The notes beneath the pieces were generated by a model. That model saw only the letters and a list, made by a program, of their open reading frames with translations. It did not search any database and had not been told where the DNA came from. A stretch of 64,000 bases of DNA from an uncultured Methanoregulaceae archaeon. GTDB lineage: Archaea > Halobacteriota > Methanomicrobia > Methanomicrobiales > Methanospirillaceae. Positions 41,346 through 51,775 of this stretch are shown in pieces (position 1 is the stretch's first letter; every line of letters starts with the position of its first letter). The stretch lies in the NCBI GenBank assembly GCA_963717525.1, contig OY970343.1, positions 1,152,001-1,216,000 on the forward strand, written 5' to 3'. The position numbers were made by a program, and so were the translations under genes.

Positions 41346-43190
41346 TCAGATATACCGTGCCTTTAAGGAGAGCTTGCGCGGGGTATAGAGCGGGCGGTAG
41401 GGTTTGCCTGCGGTCTCTTTCTTTATCAAGGCAGCAAGGGTATCTGCAGTCAGCTGCTCCTTGTGGGGCTTGTTTGGCTCGGATTTCCTGCGGATGGTAA
41501 CCGTGAGGTTTTTGCTTGCCATCTCATCGTCGCCGATGACGATCACGTACGGCACCCAGTCCATCCCGGCTTCCCGGATCTTCTTGCCCACGCTCTCATC
41601 CCGTTCATCAAGATCGCACCGAATGCTCTGTGCATTGAGGGCCTCGCAGATCTCCTGTGCGTACGCGGTATGGCGTTCGGCAACCGGTACAATACGAGCC
41701 TGGACCGGAGAGAGCCAGGTCGGCAGTGCCGGGACCTTCTGGGTGGAGATGTTCTCGAGGATCGCACAGATCACGCGTTCGACGCTGCCGGTCGGGGAGC
41801 AGTGGAGGATGGGGGGGTAGACCGGGGTGCCATCGTCTTTGAAGTACTTGATATTGAACCGTGTCGAGCTCTCGACATCGATCTGAACGGTCGGGTTCTC
41901 GATAGGGCGGTTTTGTCCGTCAATGGCTGCAAGGTCGATCTTTGCCTCCCAGTAGTGGACACGCTCGGAGAGGATCTCGATAAGCATCGGGCAGTCGGAT
42001 TCTTTCACGATCTTCCTGACCCACGCCTCGTTCTCTTCGTAGAACTTCCTGGTGCACCGGAATGCCGCGACGAGTTTTGTCTCGAAGTCCCGGCCGGTCT
42101 GCCAGCCGATGGCAAGCTGCTCTTCGAAGCACTTCATCGCCTCGGGCATGTCGGTACAGAGCGAGTGCATGTCGGGCATCGTAAACGCACGCAGGCGCTT
42201 TAAGCCGATCACTTCGCCTTTCTGCTCATGCCGGAAGGAGTAGGTGGAGAGCTCGTACATCTTCAGCGGAAGGGTGTTCTTCGAAATGTGCATGTCCCGC
42301 ATGATCGAGAACATGCCAAAACACGCAGCAAACCGGAGCATCATGTTCCGGTTGTTGCTCTTGAACCGGTACTGCCGCTCGCCGAACTTGTCTGCGTGCT
42401 CGGAGATTGCCTTGTCGCCAAGATCGTACATCACCGGGGTCTCAACCGGCGTCGCGCCGTAAGGGAGCAGGATGGCAAGGACGTAATCGCCAAGGAGATC
42501 ACGGATGAGCTTGCCCTTGGGCATCCAGCGCAGGCAGCCGACATCACTTGCCGGCTCGTAATCGACAAGCTCTTTTGAGCGCATCAGGCCCACATGGGCC
42601 GGTTCGCCACCGGTCGGCTCAGCAACACCCAGTTCCTTTTTGACGAGGCAGCCGAACGGGGTATCATCGAGATATTTGTGGTAGTCATGGGTCTTCCCGT
42701 CCGGGGTCATGACAAACCAGTCGTGGGTGGCTTCTTTCTTGCCCAGTTTCTTTGAGACAGCCTCTCCTTCCTCGCCGGGCACGATAGTTTTCGAGAGTTC
42801 CGAGAGTGGATGGCCCTTACAGGAGATCTTGAAGGACTTGTACCAGCCAAACGGTGCACGCTTCACGGCAAACCCTTCTGCGGTAAGGCCCTCTTTGAGG
42901 GCGTTCAGGGCCGGGACTGCCACTTCGGGCCGGGCAAGGTCGCTTGACAGGTGGGCATACGGGTAAATGACAATCTTGTCCGTGTGCACCTGACCGGCGG
43001 TCTTTTGTACCTCTTCGATGGCCTGGAGGATGACACCCTCCATATCCTCTTCGTCGACAGACTCAACTGCGGCAAAGACCGTGAGCGCGTCTTCCTCGCG
43101 GTCCGCGAGAACGGCTCCCTCCTCCGCCATCTTTGTCTTCTTTTTGGCTTCGTATTCGATGTAATCTGAATGTATCAGAAGAAGTCGCAT
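41346..43190 (-). CDS. thrS: Threonine--tRNA ligase, archaeal type
   Basis: [17 protein letters not shown] and PFGWYK editing domain; [24 protein letters not shown] and [10 protein letters not shown]. Confidence 0.97.
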   Translation of the reverse strand: MRLLLIHSDYIEYEAKKKTKMAEEGAVLADREEDALTVFAAVESVDEEDMEGVILQAIEEVQKTAGQVHTDKIVIYPYAHLSSDLARPEVAVPALNALKEGLTAEGFAVKRAPFGWYKSFKISCKGHPLSELSKTIVPGEEGEAVSKKLGKKEATHDWFVMTPDGKTHDYHKYLDDTPFGCLVKKELGVAEPTGGEPAHVGLMRSKELVDYEPASDVGCLRWMPKGKLIRDLLGDYVLAILLPYGATPVETPVMYDLGDKAISEHADKFGERQYRFKSNNRNMMLRFAACFGMFSIMRDMHISKNTLPLKMYELSTYSFRHEQKGEVIGLKRLRAFTMPDMHSLCTDMPEAMKCFEEQLAIGWQTGRDFETKLVAAFRCTRKFYEENEAWVRKIVKESDCPMLIEILSERVHYWEAKIDLAAIDGQNRPIENPTVQIDVESSTRFNIKYFKDDGTPVYPPILHCSPTGSVERVICAILENISTQKVPALPTWLSPVQARIVPVAERHTAYAQEICEALNAQSIRCDLDERDESVGKKIREAGMDWVPYVIVIGDDEMASKNLTVTIRRKSEPNKPHKEQLTADTLAALIKKETAGKPYRPLYTPRKLSLKARYI

Positions 43191-43301
43191 TGCTTCATCT
43201 CCATTCCGGAACGGTTATTCGTATAAAATGGGTTCTTAAGATATATACCCTCATTGCCCCCGGCCGCCCGGCAGGTCCGGGGATTTTCCGGCACATAATC
43301 C

Positions 43302-43853
43302 TTATTTTTTATTCTCGTGGTACCGGGAGAGCGTAGCCTGCCGCTGGTCGAGATACTTGGCATCGGTTTTTTTGTCGTAGGGGTTCTCTGCCCGCTCGGT
43401 CGTATAGAAAACGAGCTGGCCGATCGGCATTCCTGCATAGACCCTGACCGGCCGTGCGTTCACGTTTGCCATCTCAAGCGTAATGGTGCCCCGGAAACCG
43501 GCATCGATCCAGCCACCGGTCTGGTGGAGAGTCACGCCGAGCCGGGCGATACTCGATTTTCCTTCGATGGTGGCAACGATGTTGTCAGGCAGGCCGATGC
43601 ACTCGAGGGTCTCAGCGAGCACGAACTGGCCCGGCATCAGATCGAAAGATTCAGCGTGCTTCTCGTCGACGCCAGAGGTTACGGTCGCCTTGTCGTACGG
43701 GTCAATGACCTGTTTGCCCGGCGTGTACCAGACAAAGTGGTTACCGAGCCGGATATCGATCGAGTTTGGCTGCACGAGGGTGGGATCGAAAGGATCAATC
43801 TTAATATGACCCCGGGCGATGCGGTCCCGGAGCTGCCAGTCCACGAGAATCAT
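43302..43853 (-). CDS. dcd: dCTP deaminase
   Basis: [37 protein letters not shown] and IGQL. Confidence 0.95.
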   Translation of the reverse strand: MILVDWQLRDRIARGHIKIDPFDPTLVQPNSIDIRLGNHFVWYTPGKQVIDPYDKATVTSGVDEKHAESFDLMPGQFVLAETLECIGLPDNIVATIEGKSSIARLGVTLHQTGGWIDAGFRGTITLEMANVNARPVRVYAGMPIGQLVFYTTERAENPYDKKTDAKYLDQRQATLSRYHENKK

Positions 43854-44014
43854 GGGATTACCCGTTGGTGTTGATTGTTCATAAGTGCTGCCGGGCATAT
43901 CTCCTGATCACCGGATTTCTGATGTTTTTATCTGTGAGACCACCCCTGTTTTCAAAGAAGTACGTCAATTATTCAGGTCCGTTCCCGGCGAATTTGTTTC
44001 AATGAGGGTCCGGG

Positions 44015-44022
44015 TTTATAAG
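44015..44022 (+). promoter_or_regulatory. Putative TATA box of the DsrE-fusion/MBL operon
   Basis: TTTATAAG about 50 bp upstream of ATG 44074. Confidence 0.4.
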
Positions 44023-44073
44023 TCACATTGATAATATGCCTGACCAACATACATAAACTGGGACAAACCACCG

Positions 44074-45307
44074 ATGACCGCAATTGTTCTCCTCTTCAGT
44101 ACCGGTACTTACCCAGGAAAGGTTGTCGTGGCTGGATCAGGCACTCAGATACCATTACCAGCAAACCAGCGGTGAACCCTCAGGCACTCCGGGAGTCGGT
44201 ACCCCGGCGTGTGCGACGATTTTCCTTACCGGTGACGCTCTCTATAGCCTCAACGAAGCTGAATCCCTGAATATATGGTCGTCCGTGCTGTCGTTGCAAC
44301 AGGTCAGGCTCATCTGTGACCGCGATGCTCTGGAGCACCGGGGCATCACCCTTGTCCCGTTAAAAGAACGGTTTCCGGATCAGGTGACCGATCTGCCGGA
44401 CGAGGGCAAAAAAGGCGCCCCGTCTTTCTGGGCCGCCGTTCTCTCCGCGGCCCGGGATCAGTTCCCGCCGACCCCCCTGGGGATCGGGTGGTTGCAGATC
44501 TCATCGCCGTACATGTTTCCCGCTGCGGGATATGGGCTCCTTTGCCTTTCCGCCGCGCTCGATCTCCACTGCGGCGTAAGCCTGTATGCATACCTTGACG
44601 GATGCCATGCATGTCATACCGGCCAGAATCCCGGAGATGCAGAAAATATCGGTGATGCCCTTGAAAGGTTAGCGAAACGTGCGGCAGAAAAAAACCTGCC
44701 CTGCACGGTCATGGTCAGCAGGTATTCTGCCGGCGCACGCGGCTACCAGTCATGGGATGATGGGATGGGGACAATCGGGTCGTCTTGTATCGTCAGGCCT
44801 GCTCATATTAAAGATATGGATGTCATGATCCGCCACATCGGAAACCTCCCTGTCCTGCTCTCAGAGAATGCCGGTATTGTGCACGGCGCCCATTCCCGGG
44901 ATCCGGTTCACGATGCCCCTCATCCCCCGGCAGTTATTGTCCTGATCACCCACAGCCCGTACAGCACCGGGCATGCCTATGGAGGGATCGCGCTTGCCGT
45001 TGCCTGTGCCCACCAGGGGATCCGGACCCAGGTCATCTTCCTTGAAGATGGGATCTATACCCTGACCGGGGAGCACCGGGCGCCCGAGGGGTCATGCTCA
45101 GGACCATTACCCGAGCTCGTCACCCATCTTTCAAAGAGCAAGAACCTGGAGTTCTCTGCACTCTCCCCCTCCTTCCACACGCGCGGGGTTACAAAAAACG
45201 GGACACTTGCGGCGGTTAAAGAGATCGGGTTTCCCGAGCTTGGTACTATCCTGTTTTCGCCACCCCGTGATGCGGGGAGCGGTCTCCGGCGGATCCTGTT
45301 CTTCTGA
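44074..45307 (+). CDS. Three-domain DsrH/DsrE/DsrF(TusBDC)-like fusion protein, copy 1 (~410 aa; frameshift at ~44104)
   Basis: The corrected N-terminus MTAIVLLFSTVLTQERLSW aligns without gaps to the paralog's MTAHFFLIRDILIPERLDW. Domains: FLTGDALY..CDRDALEHRG; SSPY..YLDG..GQNP..ARG; ITHSPY..FLEDGIY..RG. Confidence 0.75.
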
Positions 45308-45372
45308 CCCTGACGGTACCGGCCCCGTCTGCGGGAAAACCTATTCAAGCAACCCCGGAAAAAGAGACTGCT

Positions 45373-46311
45373 ATGACAGATTCTGCTCTCCGGCTCCGTG
45401 AGGCTGACCGGGCGGAGATCACGGTGCTGGTCGATAATTATATCGACCTCTTTGTTCCTTCGCAAAAATCTATTGACGTGAGACCACCGTTTGCACTGGA
45501 CCGGCCCCTTCTTGCCGAGCATGGCCTTTCCTGTTATGTCAGAGTGTTCGCCAACGGAAAGGAGCACGCCATCCTGATGGATACCGGCCTCTCGTGCGGG
45601 TGCATGCTCCACAATGCCCGTCAGCTCAGGATCAATCCGGGGCAGGCCGGGACGATCGTTCTGAGTCACGGTCATTTCGATCATGTCGGGGGTCTTTCCT
45701 CACTGCTCCAGACTGCAGGGCACCAGATTCCGCTTGTCACCCACCCGGATGCGTTCCTGCGCCGCCGGCTCATGAGCCCGGGGAAAGAACCTGTCGATCT
45801 CCCGCAGCTGGATGCCGTCTCCTTAAAACAGGATGGGGCGGACATCCTTATGCGCCCCGGCCCCTCGCTTCTCGCGTCCGGTCACCTGCTCGTGACCGGT
45901 GAGATAGAACGGACTGTCCCCTTTGAGAAAGGATTTCCCGGAATGGAAGCATGGGCCGGAGATCAATGGGTCCCTGATCAAATCTTAGATGACCAGAGTC
46001 TGGTGATCAATATCAAAGGAAAGGGTCTCGTCGTGATCAGCGGGTGTGCCCATGCAGGGATTATCAACACGATCCGCTATGCCCAGAAGATTACGGGTGT
46101 CGATCACGTATATGCGGTGCTGGGCGGGTTTCACCTGACCGGGCCGCTCTTTGTACCGGTCGTTGGACCAACCATCGATGCAATGAAACGGATAAATCCG
46201 GATTATATTATACCCATGCACTGCACCGGCTGGGACGCGATCAACCGGTTCTTTTCGGCATTGCCCAAAGCCTGTATCCTGAATACCGTGGGGACAACCT
46301 ATAGTTTTTAA
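45373..46311 (+). CDS. MBL-fold metallohydrolase, MJ0301-like (dihydropterin-methyl-RFA-P synthase-like) family
   Basis: EHGLS, MDTG, SHGHFDHVGG, GCAHAG, GGFHL and PMHCTG. Confidence 0.85.
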   Translation: MTDSALRLREADRAEITVLVDNYIDLFVPSQKSIDVRPPFALDRPLLAEHGLSCYVRVFANGKEHAILMDTGLSCGCMLHNARQLRINPGQAGTIVLSHGHFDHVGGLSSLLQTAGHQIPLVTHPDAFLRRRLMSPGKEPVDLPQLDAVSLKQDGADILMRPGPSLLASGHLLVTGEIERTVPFEKGFPGMEAWAGDQWVPDQILDDQSLVINIKGKGLVVISGCAHAGIINTIRYAQKITGVDHVYAVLGGFHLTGPLFVPVVGPTIDAMKRINPDYIIPMHCTGWDAINRFFSALPKACILNTVGTTYSF

Positions 46312-46584
46312 TTATTTTAAAAATTAACTTGCGGCAAATCAACACAGGCAGAATACATTTGATATTCCGATATCGGAGGCCAATTCGCGCGTTGGCAGGA
46401 TTTTGACCCTGTCCGGCTGGTTAGATCGGCCCGGAATTATTTTGTTGAAAAAATATTGGTGAGGAATAAAAGACGAGGGCCAGAAAAACAGAATCGCGTT
46501 CTCACCGGATGTCAATATCTGAAGAAAAACTACGTCGTTAGTTAAGCATTTGAAAAATTAAGAATGCTCGGTTAAAATATTCTG

Positions 46585-46613
46585 GTTTACCATCTGTAAA
46601 CATAACAATGTTT
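46585..46613. promoter_or_regulatory. Overlapping palindromes in the AT-rich fwd/fmd upstream region
   Basis: GTTTAC-N5-GTAAAC (46585-46601) overlaps AAACAT-N4-ATGTTT (46598-46613), about 75-100 bp before the fwdG start. Confidence 0.4.
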
Positions 46614-46686
46614 AATTACTGTTTCAGGGAAACTCTTGAATTAAGGAATTTGATTCCCAGTAATTGTTTTGTGTGTGTGATAAATT

Positions 46687-46950
46687 ATGGCGTTTTCAGT
46701 ACATGTCAACGTGAACCGGTGCACCGGCTGCGGGAATTGTGTTACCGCCTGTCCGGTAAATGCACTGGAACTGTACACACGTGATCCTGTAACCAATGAG
46801 AAGATCTACCAAGTTCAGGATGGCGTGTCGGTAAGTCTTGATGTCAAGACTGAGTTGTGTGCAGGGTGCGGCGTATGTGTCGAAGCATGCCCGTATGATG
46901 TAATACAGTTATCCGGCAAAGGTTCTGGAGAGTCAGCGGTCAACGTCTGA
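46687..46950 (+). CDS. fwdG: Formylmethanofuran dehydrogenase subunit G (2x[4Fe-4S] ferredoxin)
   Basis: CTGCGNCVTACP and CAGCGVCVEACP; first gene of the operon. Confidence 0.85.
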   Translation: MAFSVHVNVNRCTGCGNCVTACPVNALELYTRDPVTNEKIYQVQDGVSVSLDVKTELCAGCGVCVEACPYDVIQLSGKGSGESAVNV

Positions 46951-46977
46951 CCGCAACCATCCTTGTGAGATGATATC

Positions 46978-47388
46978 ATGGTGGAGAAAAAGATCACCCT
47001 TAATATTATTACCTGCCGCACGATCCAGCAGGGCGTCGGCATGGAGGCAGGCAAGACATCCCAGAAATATTTTGATGCCTGCACCATCATCCAGTTGCAC
47101 CCCGAGGATTTCAAGAGACTGGGGGCATGGAAGAACACGAATGTCCGCGTTACGAGCAGTGTCGGGAGCGTCATTTTAAAGGCTGTCGAGACCCGCGAGG
47201 ACCTTGTCCCGGGTCTTGCCCACATCCCGATGGGGCCCTGGGCAAACCATATTGTCCCGGCATACACGTTCTCAACCGGTGAGCCCTGTTTCAAGGGATT
47301 CCCGGCGGATATAGAGGTTGCCGCAAACGCACGGATCATGGGAGCAATCGAAATTCTGCAGGACGCCTGCGGACTTATCAGGAAGTGA
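46978..47388 (+). CDS. fwdD: Formylmethanofuran dehydrogenase subunit D
   Basis: TCRTIQQG...K, LHPED, IPMGPWAN and G.P.FKG molybdopterin dinucleotide-binding fold. Confidence 0.9.
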   Translation: MVEKKITLNIITCRTIQQGVGMEAGKTSQKYFDACTIIQLHPEDFKRLGAWKNTNVRVTSSVGSVILKAVETREDLVPGLAHIPMGPWANHIVPAYTFSTGEPCFKGFPADIEVAANARIMGAIEILQDACGLIRK

Positions 47389-47394
47389 TGACAG

Positions 47395-48720
47395 ATGCCA
47401 AAAGAAGTAACTGATGTTATCTGCCCGTTCTGTGGTACGCTGTGCGACGATGTCCGCATTACTGTCTCCGATGACAATAAGACGATCCTCGGAGTCAAGA
47501 ACGCATGTGCCATCGGCGCCGAGAAGTTCAACCACCAGCGGCTCCCGGGCCGTGTCAAGCGCCCGCGGATGCGCCAGGCCGACGGGACCTACAAGGAGAT
47601 CACCTACGATGAGGCGATTGACTGGACCGCAAAGATGCTCGTCAAGTCACGAAAGACCCTGATGTACGGCTGGGCATCCACCAGCTGCCAGGCCATGAGC
47701 ATCGGCCACGAAATTGCAGAAAAGACCGGTTGCATTGTCGACAACTGTGCAACCGTCTGCCACGGCTCTTCCCTGATCGCCATAGAGGATGTCGGTGTCC
47801 CGAGCTGTACGCTTGGTGAAGTCAAGAACCGTGCTGACCGCGTTATCTTCTGGGGCTGCAACCCGGCACACGCCCACCCCCGCCACATGTCACGGTACTC
47901 GATCTTCCCGCGTGGTTTCTTCACTGTCAAGGGCCACAAGGGCCGGAAGATCTACTGTGTCGACTGCCGGTACACCGATACTGCAAAGTGCGCTGATGAG
48001 TTTATCCAGGTACAGCAGGGATACGACTATGAACTGCTCAACGCGTTCCGCACAGCAGCACGCGGCGAAGCACTCCCCGACACGGTTGGCGGTGTCCCCA
48101 AAGAGAAGATCATCGAGATCGTTGAAGACTTAAAGACCGCACGCTTCGGTATCATCTTCTTCGGTATGGGCCTCACCCATACGATGGGCAGGAACCACAA
48201 TATCGATATCGCCATCAACCTGACCCGTGACATGAACGACTTCACGAAATTTGCGATCATGGCCATGAGGGGCCACTGGAACGTTACCGGTTCCGGCCAG
48301 GTACTTGGCTGGCAATACGGGTTCCCGTACGCTGTTGACCTCTCGAGGAGAGACCAGGCCCGCCACCAGACCGGCGAGACAACCTCGGTCGACCTCCTCA
48401 ACCGCAACGAAGTCGAAGCCTGTTTTTATATTGCAACCGACCCAGGTGCACACTTCCCGGTCGATGCAATGATCAGCAGTTCCAAGAAACCGACCGTCAC
48501 CATCGATCCGCACATCAACTGCACGACCGAGATCTCAGATATTCACATCCCGGTCGCCATGGTCGGTGTCGAAGTCGGCGGATGTGCCTACCGTATGGAC
48601 AACGTCCCTATCGAGACCCGCAAAGTAGTGGACCCGCCGGAGGGTGTGCTGACTGACGAGGAACTCCTGACCAGGATCAACCAGCGCGTTGATGAACTCC
48701 TTGCCAAGGGAGGTGCGTAA
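47395..48720 (+). CDS. fwdB: Formylmethanofuran dehydrogenase subunit B (Mo/W-bisPGD)
   Basis: CPFCGTLCDD, ATVCHG (Cys ligand), TLGEVKNRAD, HAHPRHMSRY, MRGHWN and YRMDNVP. Confidence 0.95.
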   Translation: MPKEVTDVICPFCGTLCDDVRITVSDDNKTILGVKNACAIGAEKFNHQRLPGRVKRPRMRQADGTYKEITYDEAIDWTAKMLVKSRKTLMYGWASTSCQAMSIGHEIAEKTGCIVDNCATVCHGSSLIAIEDVGVPSCTLGEVKNRADRVIFWGCNPAHAHPRHMSRYSIFPRGFFTVKGHKGRKIYCVDCRYTDTAKCADEFIQVQQGYDYELLNAFRTAARGEALPDTVGGVPKEKIIEIVEDLKTARFGIIFFGMGLTHTMGRNHNIDIAINLTRDMNDFTKFAIMAMRGHWNVTGSGQVLGWQYGFPYAVDLSRRDQARHQTGETTSVDLLNRNEVEACFYIATDPGAHFPVDAMISSSKKPTVTIDPHINCTTEISDIHIPVAMVGVEVGGCAYRMDNVPIETRKVVDPPEGVLTDEELLTRINQRVDELLAKGGA

Positions 48721-50427
48721 ATGTCAGAATATATCATCAAGAACGGACACGTCTTTGACCCGGTCCAAGGAATCAAAGGAGACAAGAAAGATATCGCCGT
48801 CAAGGACGGCAAGATTGTTGACACGGTCGGGTCCTCGGCAAAGACCATCGATGCCAAAGGCAAGACTGTCATGGCCGGGGCACTGGATATCCATGCCCAC
48901 GTGGCAGGCCCCAAGGTAAACGCCGGCCGCTGGTATCGTCCCGAAGACAAACACTTCGACTCCCATAAGAAGCCCGGTATCACCCGTATCGAAGGCGGCA
49001 AGTCCATCCCGACGGTCTTTAAAACCGGGTACGCATACGCACGGATGGGGTTCACCTTTGTCATGGAAGCGGCTATGCCCCCCATGTACGCACGCCACGT
49101 GCACGAGGAGATTCATGACACGCCGATCATCGATGAGGCTGCGCTCCCATTGTTCGGGAACAACTGGTTTATCTTGGAGTACCTCAAAAACCAGGAGATC
49201 GAGAACACAGCCGCATACATTGCCTGGATCCTCCGCCAGACCAAAGGATACGGTGTCAAGTGCGTCAATCCCGGCGGCACTGAAGCCTGGGCATGGGGAC
49301 TCAATTGCCTGACTATCCACGACCCGGTGCCCTACTTCGACATCACACCCTCAGAGATCATCACCGGCCTGATGAAGGCCAACGAGTACCTTGGTCTCCC
49401 GCATTCGTTCCATGTCCACCAGAACGATCTGGGCAACCCCGGTAACTACACGGTGACGCTCGACACACTCAAGCTTGCCGAGGGTATCAAGCCGAAGAAC
49501 AACTTCGGCCGCGAACAGGTCATGCACTCGACCCACCTCCAGTTCCACTCGTATGGCGGCGACAGTTTCGCGAACATCGATTCAAAGGCAAAAGAGGTCA
49601 TGGACTACGTCAACAAGAACAAGAACATCACCATGGACACGGGCAATGTTACCCTTGACGAAACCACGACCATGACCGCTGATGGGCCGTTCGAGCACCA
49701 CCTCCATGCGCTCAACCATCTCAAGTGGTTCAACGTGGACGTCGAACTGGAGACCGGCGCTGGTGTTGTGCCATATATCTACAGCCCGAACGTTTCGGTT
49801 AATGCAATCCAGTGGGCCATCGGGCTTGAACTTGCCCTCTTTGCGAAGGACCCGATGCGCTGCTTTATTACCACTGACCACCCGAACGCAGGCCCATTCA
49901 CCCGTTACCCCCGTGTCTATTCCTGGCTGATGAGCAAAAAAGTCCGTGATGAACGCCTGAACACGTTCAAGAACGCTGACAAGGTCATTGGTGCGACATA
50001 CCTCGCCGAGATCGACCGCGAAATCACGCTCTACGAGCTGGCCCAGATGACCCGCGCCGGCCCGGCGAAAGCTCTTGGCCTTGGAAAAGATTACGGGGGC
50101 CTCGCCCCCGGCATGAATGCAGATATTGCGATCTACAACATCGACCCGGACAAGTTCCCCTCCACCGGTGCCGATATCGAGAAAGCGTTTGCAAACGTGG
50201 CGTACCTCTTCAAGGATGGGAAGATCTGTGTTGAAGAAGGGAAGGTCGTTGACATGGGCAACAAGCACACCTTCTGGGTGGATGCCAAGGTCAAGGAGAA
50301 CAAGCAGGTCATGCATGATATCAGGGAAAAGTTCCTCAAATACTACAGTCTCAACGAGAACAACTACCCCGTTCCCGAGAGTTATGCACCGCACCAGCAC
50401 ATTCTGACCGTGGATGCGGTTCAGTGA
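48721..50427 (+). CDS. fwdA: Formylmethanofuran dehydrogenase subunit A (amidohydrolase)
   Basis: DIHAHVAGPKVN, VNPGG, LGNPGN, QFHSYGG, TTDHPNAGPF and MTRAGPAK. Confidence 0.96.
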   Translation: MSEYIIKNGHVFDPVQGIKGDKKDIAVKDGKIVDTVGSSAKTIDAKGKTVMAGALDIHAHVAGPKVNAGRWYRPEDKHFDSHKKPGITRIEGGKSIPTVFKTGYAYARMGFTFVMEAAMPPMYARHVHEEIHDTPIIDEAALPLFGNNWFILEYLKNQEIENTAAYIAWILRQTKGYGVKCVNPGGTEAWAWGLNCLTIHDPVPYFDITPSEIITGLMKANEYLGLPHSFHVHQNDLGNPGNYTVTLDTLKLAEGIKPKNNFGREQVMHSTHLQFHSYGGDSFANIDSKAKEVMDYVNKNKNITMDTGNVTLDETTTMTADGPFEHHLHALNHLKWFNVDVELETGAGVVPYIYSPNVSVNAIQWAIGLELALFAKDPMRCFITTDHPNAGPFTRYPRVYSWLMSKKVRDERLNTFKNADKVIGATYLAEIDREITLYELAQMTRAGPAKALGLGKDYGGLAPGMNADIAIYNIDPDKFPSTGADIEKAFANVAYLFKDGKICVEEGKVVDMGNKHTFWVDAKVKENKQVMHDIREKFLKYYSLNENNYPVPESYAPHQHILTVDAVQ

Positions 50428-50438
50428 GGTGACAAGGA

Positions 50439-51239
50439 ATGGACACGATTACACTGACTGTAAAGAAAGTGCCGGAGATCTATCTTGAATGCGAGAGTCT
50501 GAACCCCGACACCTTTGCCGGTAAGACCGCTGATCAGATCGCAAAACTTTCGGCATACCAGGGCAAGGAAATGTCCACCCTCGGTGAATATTTCACCATT
50601 GCGGGCAACGCCGGGGCAACAGCAGCCGAGACGAAGATCATCGTAAACGGTGACTGCTCCAAGATGAAGTACATCGGCGCGAAGATGACCGCCGGTGAGA
50701 TGGTGGTCAACTCCGACTGCGATATGTACACCGGCAGCTGGATGAGCGGAGGCAAGCTCCTTGTCAAGGGGAACGTCCACTCGTTCTGCGGCCTTGCCCT
50801 GAAAGGCGGGGAGTTTACCATCGAAGGCAATGCCGGCAACTACCTCGGCGCCGCATACCGTGGCGACTGGAGAGGGATGTCAGGCGGCGTCCTCCGCGTG
50901 AAGGGTAATGCCGGCTCCGATGTCGCAACCTTCATGACCGGCGGCGAGATGATCATCGAAGGCAATGTCGATATCCACCTTGGCACCCATATGGAGGGTG
51001 GCAAGATCATCCTCAAGGGCAACGCGAACCGCCGTGTTGGTGGCCAGCTGGTCAAGGGCGAGATCTATGTGTTCGGGAAAATCAATGTGATGATGCCCGG
51101 CTATAAGAAAACCGGCGAGGTCGATCTCGAAGTTGACGGTACCAAAGCCAGATTTACCGAATATATCGGAGACCTCGGTGAGCGCCACCCCAAGAGGAAA
51201 GGCGAGACCGTTTACGGCAAGCTCTATATGAAAAAATAA
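50439..51239 (+). CDS. fwdC: Formylmethanofuran dehydrogenase subunit C
   Basis: GltB/FwdC beta-helix repeats (M.GG...V.GN), YRGDWRGM and GDLGE. Confidence 0.95.
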   Translation: MDTITLTVKKVPEIYLECESLNPDTFAGKTADQIAKLSAYQGKEMSTLGEYFTIAGNAGATAAETKIIVNGDCSKMKYIGAKMTAGEMVVNSDCDMYTGSWMSGGKLLVKGNVHSFCGLALKGGEFTIEGNAGNYLGAAYRGDWRGMSGGVLRVKGNAGSDVATFMTGGEMIIEGNVDIHLGTHMEGGKIILKGNANRRVGGQLVKGEIYVFGKINVMMPGYKKTGEVDLEVDGTKARFTEYIGDLGERHPKRKGETVYGKLYMKK

Positions 51240-51294
51240 TTTTTTTCATTTTTAAAAACGTTATCCGGTCGATTGGATGGGATCTTTTGATCCC
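51240..51294. terminator. Oligo-T tract plus hairpin between convergent genes
   Basis: T-rich run directly after the fwdC stop; GGGATC-TTTT-GATCCC at 51279-51294. Confidence 0.45.
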
Positions 51295-51376
51295 CTGTGA
51301 AGGGGCCTGCTTTCCTCATGGGGGAGGAGGTGCTGCTCGTCAAACCAGCGGTCATAACCGTGTTGCAGCGCACTCG

Positions 51377-51775
51377 TCAAACGGATTCCTGCCGGTCATG
51401 AACTGCACCGCCACCTCCCTGCCGGACATCCATCTTCTGCCCGATTGATGTTTCAATCCCTTTGAGCGTCGCAATCCCTGCCGGGCCTTCCCGGTAGTAA
51501 AAGAGGAGGAGATGGAAAAAATCAGCGGTGAGATCCGCAAACTCTTTCCGGTACCGGACCTCGACGCTGGTATCCCCCACAAAGCCCTTGATGGAGATGA
51601 ACCGTTCCTTCTCAAACGAGAAGTAGGGGTGCCGGAGGTGTGAGAACGATCGGACAGTCCCAAAGCCCTCAAGAAAGTCCAGGAATTCCGGGGTCAGGGG
51701 TTCATCGATCAGGAATTCTTTCATCAGCGAGCCGTCCACGCAGACCTTCGATTGCACCGACCTAAGGATCCGCAC
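51377..51775 (-). CDS. Hypothetical protein coupled to the cysteine desulfurase gene
   Basis: 132 aa ORF overlapping the desulfurase 3' end by 14 bp, with a plausible globular sequence (CVDGS..KE motif). Confidence 0.65.
   Translation of the reverse strand: MRILRSVQSKVCVDGSLMKEFLIDEPLTPEFLDFLEGFGTVRSFSHLRHPYFSFEKERFISIKGFVGDTSVEVRYRKEFADLTADFFHLLLFYYREGPAGIATLKGIETSIGQKMDVRQGGGGAVHDRQESV

Noticed and set aside
47395..48720. Selenocysteine-containing FwdB (FwuB)
   Set aside because: The ligand position is a Cys codon (TVCHG) and the ORF has no internal TGA.
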